A stretch of 64,000 nucleotides of DNA from a phage, in NCBI GenBank assembly GCA_016389475.1, contig GCA_016389475.1_3042.1. One strand, written 5' to 3'. Positions 63,520 to 64,000 of this stretch are shown here, piece by piece. The position numbers and the translations under genes were made by a program. The notes below the pieces were generated by a model. That model saw nothing but the letters and a program-made list of their open reading frames with translations. It searched no databases and was not told where the DNA came from. Within the stretch, counting starts at the first letter, position 1, and every line of letters begins with the position of its first letter.

Positions 63520-63570
63520 CACTATATCCTTAATTCTTTAATTCTATATGCCCTAGGTTAAACATAGGGA

Positions 63571-63578
63571 TATAAATA
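63571..63578 (+). promoter_or_regulatory. late promoter (TATAAATA), proximal copy for gene 19
   Basis: Exact TATAAATA 15 nt upstream of the ATG. Confidence 0.65.
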
Positions 63579-63592
63579 CTACAGAGGCTAAT

Positions 63593-64000
63593 ATGTTTGT
63601 AGATGATGTAACACGAGCGTTTGAATCTGGTGATTTTGCTCGACCTAACTTATTCCAAGTAGAAATTTCTTATCTTGGACAAAATTTTACGTTCCAATGT
63701 AAAGCCACTGCTTTACCAGCTGGTATTGTAGAAAAAATTCCAGTCGGATTTATGAACCGTAAAATTAATGTGGCAGGCGATCGTACATTCGATGACTGGA
63801 CTGTTACAGTAATGAACGATGAAGCTCATGATGCTCGCCAGAAGTTTGTTGATTGGCAAAGCATTGCCGCAGGACAAGGAAACGAAATTACTGGTGGAAA
63901 ACCTGCAGAGTATAAAAAGAGCGCTATTGTTCGTCAATATGCTCGTGATGCTAAAACAGTAACAAAAGAAATTGAAATTAAAGGTCTGTGGCCTACTAAC
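63593..64000 (+). CDS. 19: tail tube protein, N-terminal 136 codons (continues past window end)
   Basis: MFVDDVTRAFESGDFARPNLFQVEISYLGQNF matches recalled T4 gp19; two TATAAATA late promoters upstream. Confidence 0.85.
   Translation, partial: MFVDDVTRAFESGDFARPNLFQVEISYLGQNFTFQCKATALPAGIVEKIPVGFMNRKINVAGDRTFDDWTVTVMNDEAHDARQKFVDWQSIAAGQGNEITGGKPAEYKKSAIVRQYARDAKTVTKEIEIKGLWPTN

Overview
This window is a contiguous ~64 kb piece of a T4-like (T-even) myovirus genome. Positions 1-40,900 are the early/middle region, almost entirely on the minus strand: the N-terminus of gene 46, then 47 (Mre11-like), a-gt, 55 (late sigma), nrdH/nrdG/nrdD (anaerobic ribonucleotide reductase, no intron), 49 (endonuclease VII), nrdC, a ~10 kb block of hypothetical early genes, rI, tk, a macro-domain protein, regB, a GrcA-like glycyl-radical protein, three 'internal protein' genes carrying a capsid-targeting sequence (CTS), lysozyme e, nudE, an 11-tRNA cluster, 57B (2H phosphodiesterase, Acb1-like), 57A, and genes 1, 3, 2, 4. 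Positions 40,900-64,000 are late structural genes on the plus strand: 53, 5, 5.1, 5.4, 6-12, wac, 13-19 (gene 19 is cut by the window end). Regulatory signals are directly readable: TATAAATA late promoters, sigma70-type early promoters (GTTTAC, 17-18 nt spacer, TAtAaT-like -10, then a GAGG Shine-Dalgarno), and C(UUCG)G or GNRA tetraloop hairpins at the ends of transcription units. I found no CRISPR array, rRNA, transposon or homing-endonuclease gene. The supplied ORF track starts some ORFs at GTG/TTG; where promoter or Shine-Dalgarno context pointed to the real ATG I shortened the ORF and say so in the evidence. All product names rest on motifs I can see plus recalled T4 gene order and protein lengths; no database search was run. 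The best candidates for undescribed biology are the internal-protein cassette flanked by 31-nt direct repeats, the nucleotidyltransferase operon, the macro-domain gene and the four tandem coiled-coil-tailed proteins; none can be confirmed from sequence alone.
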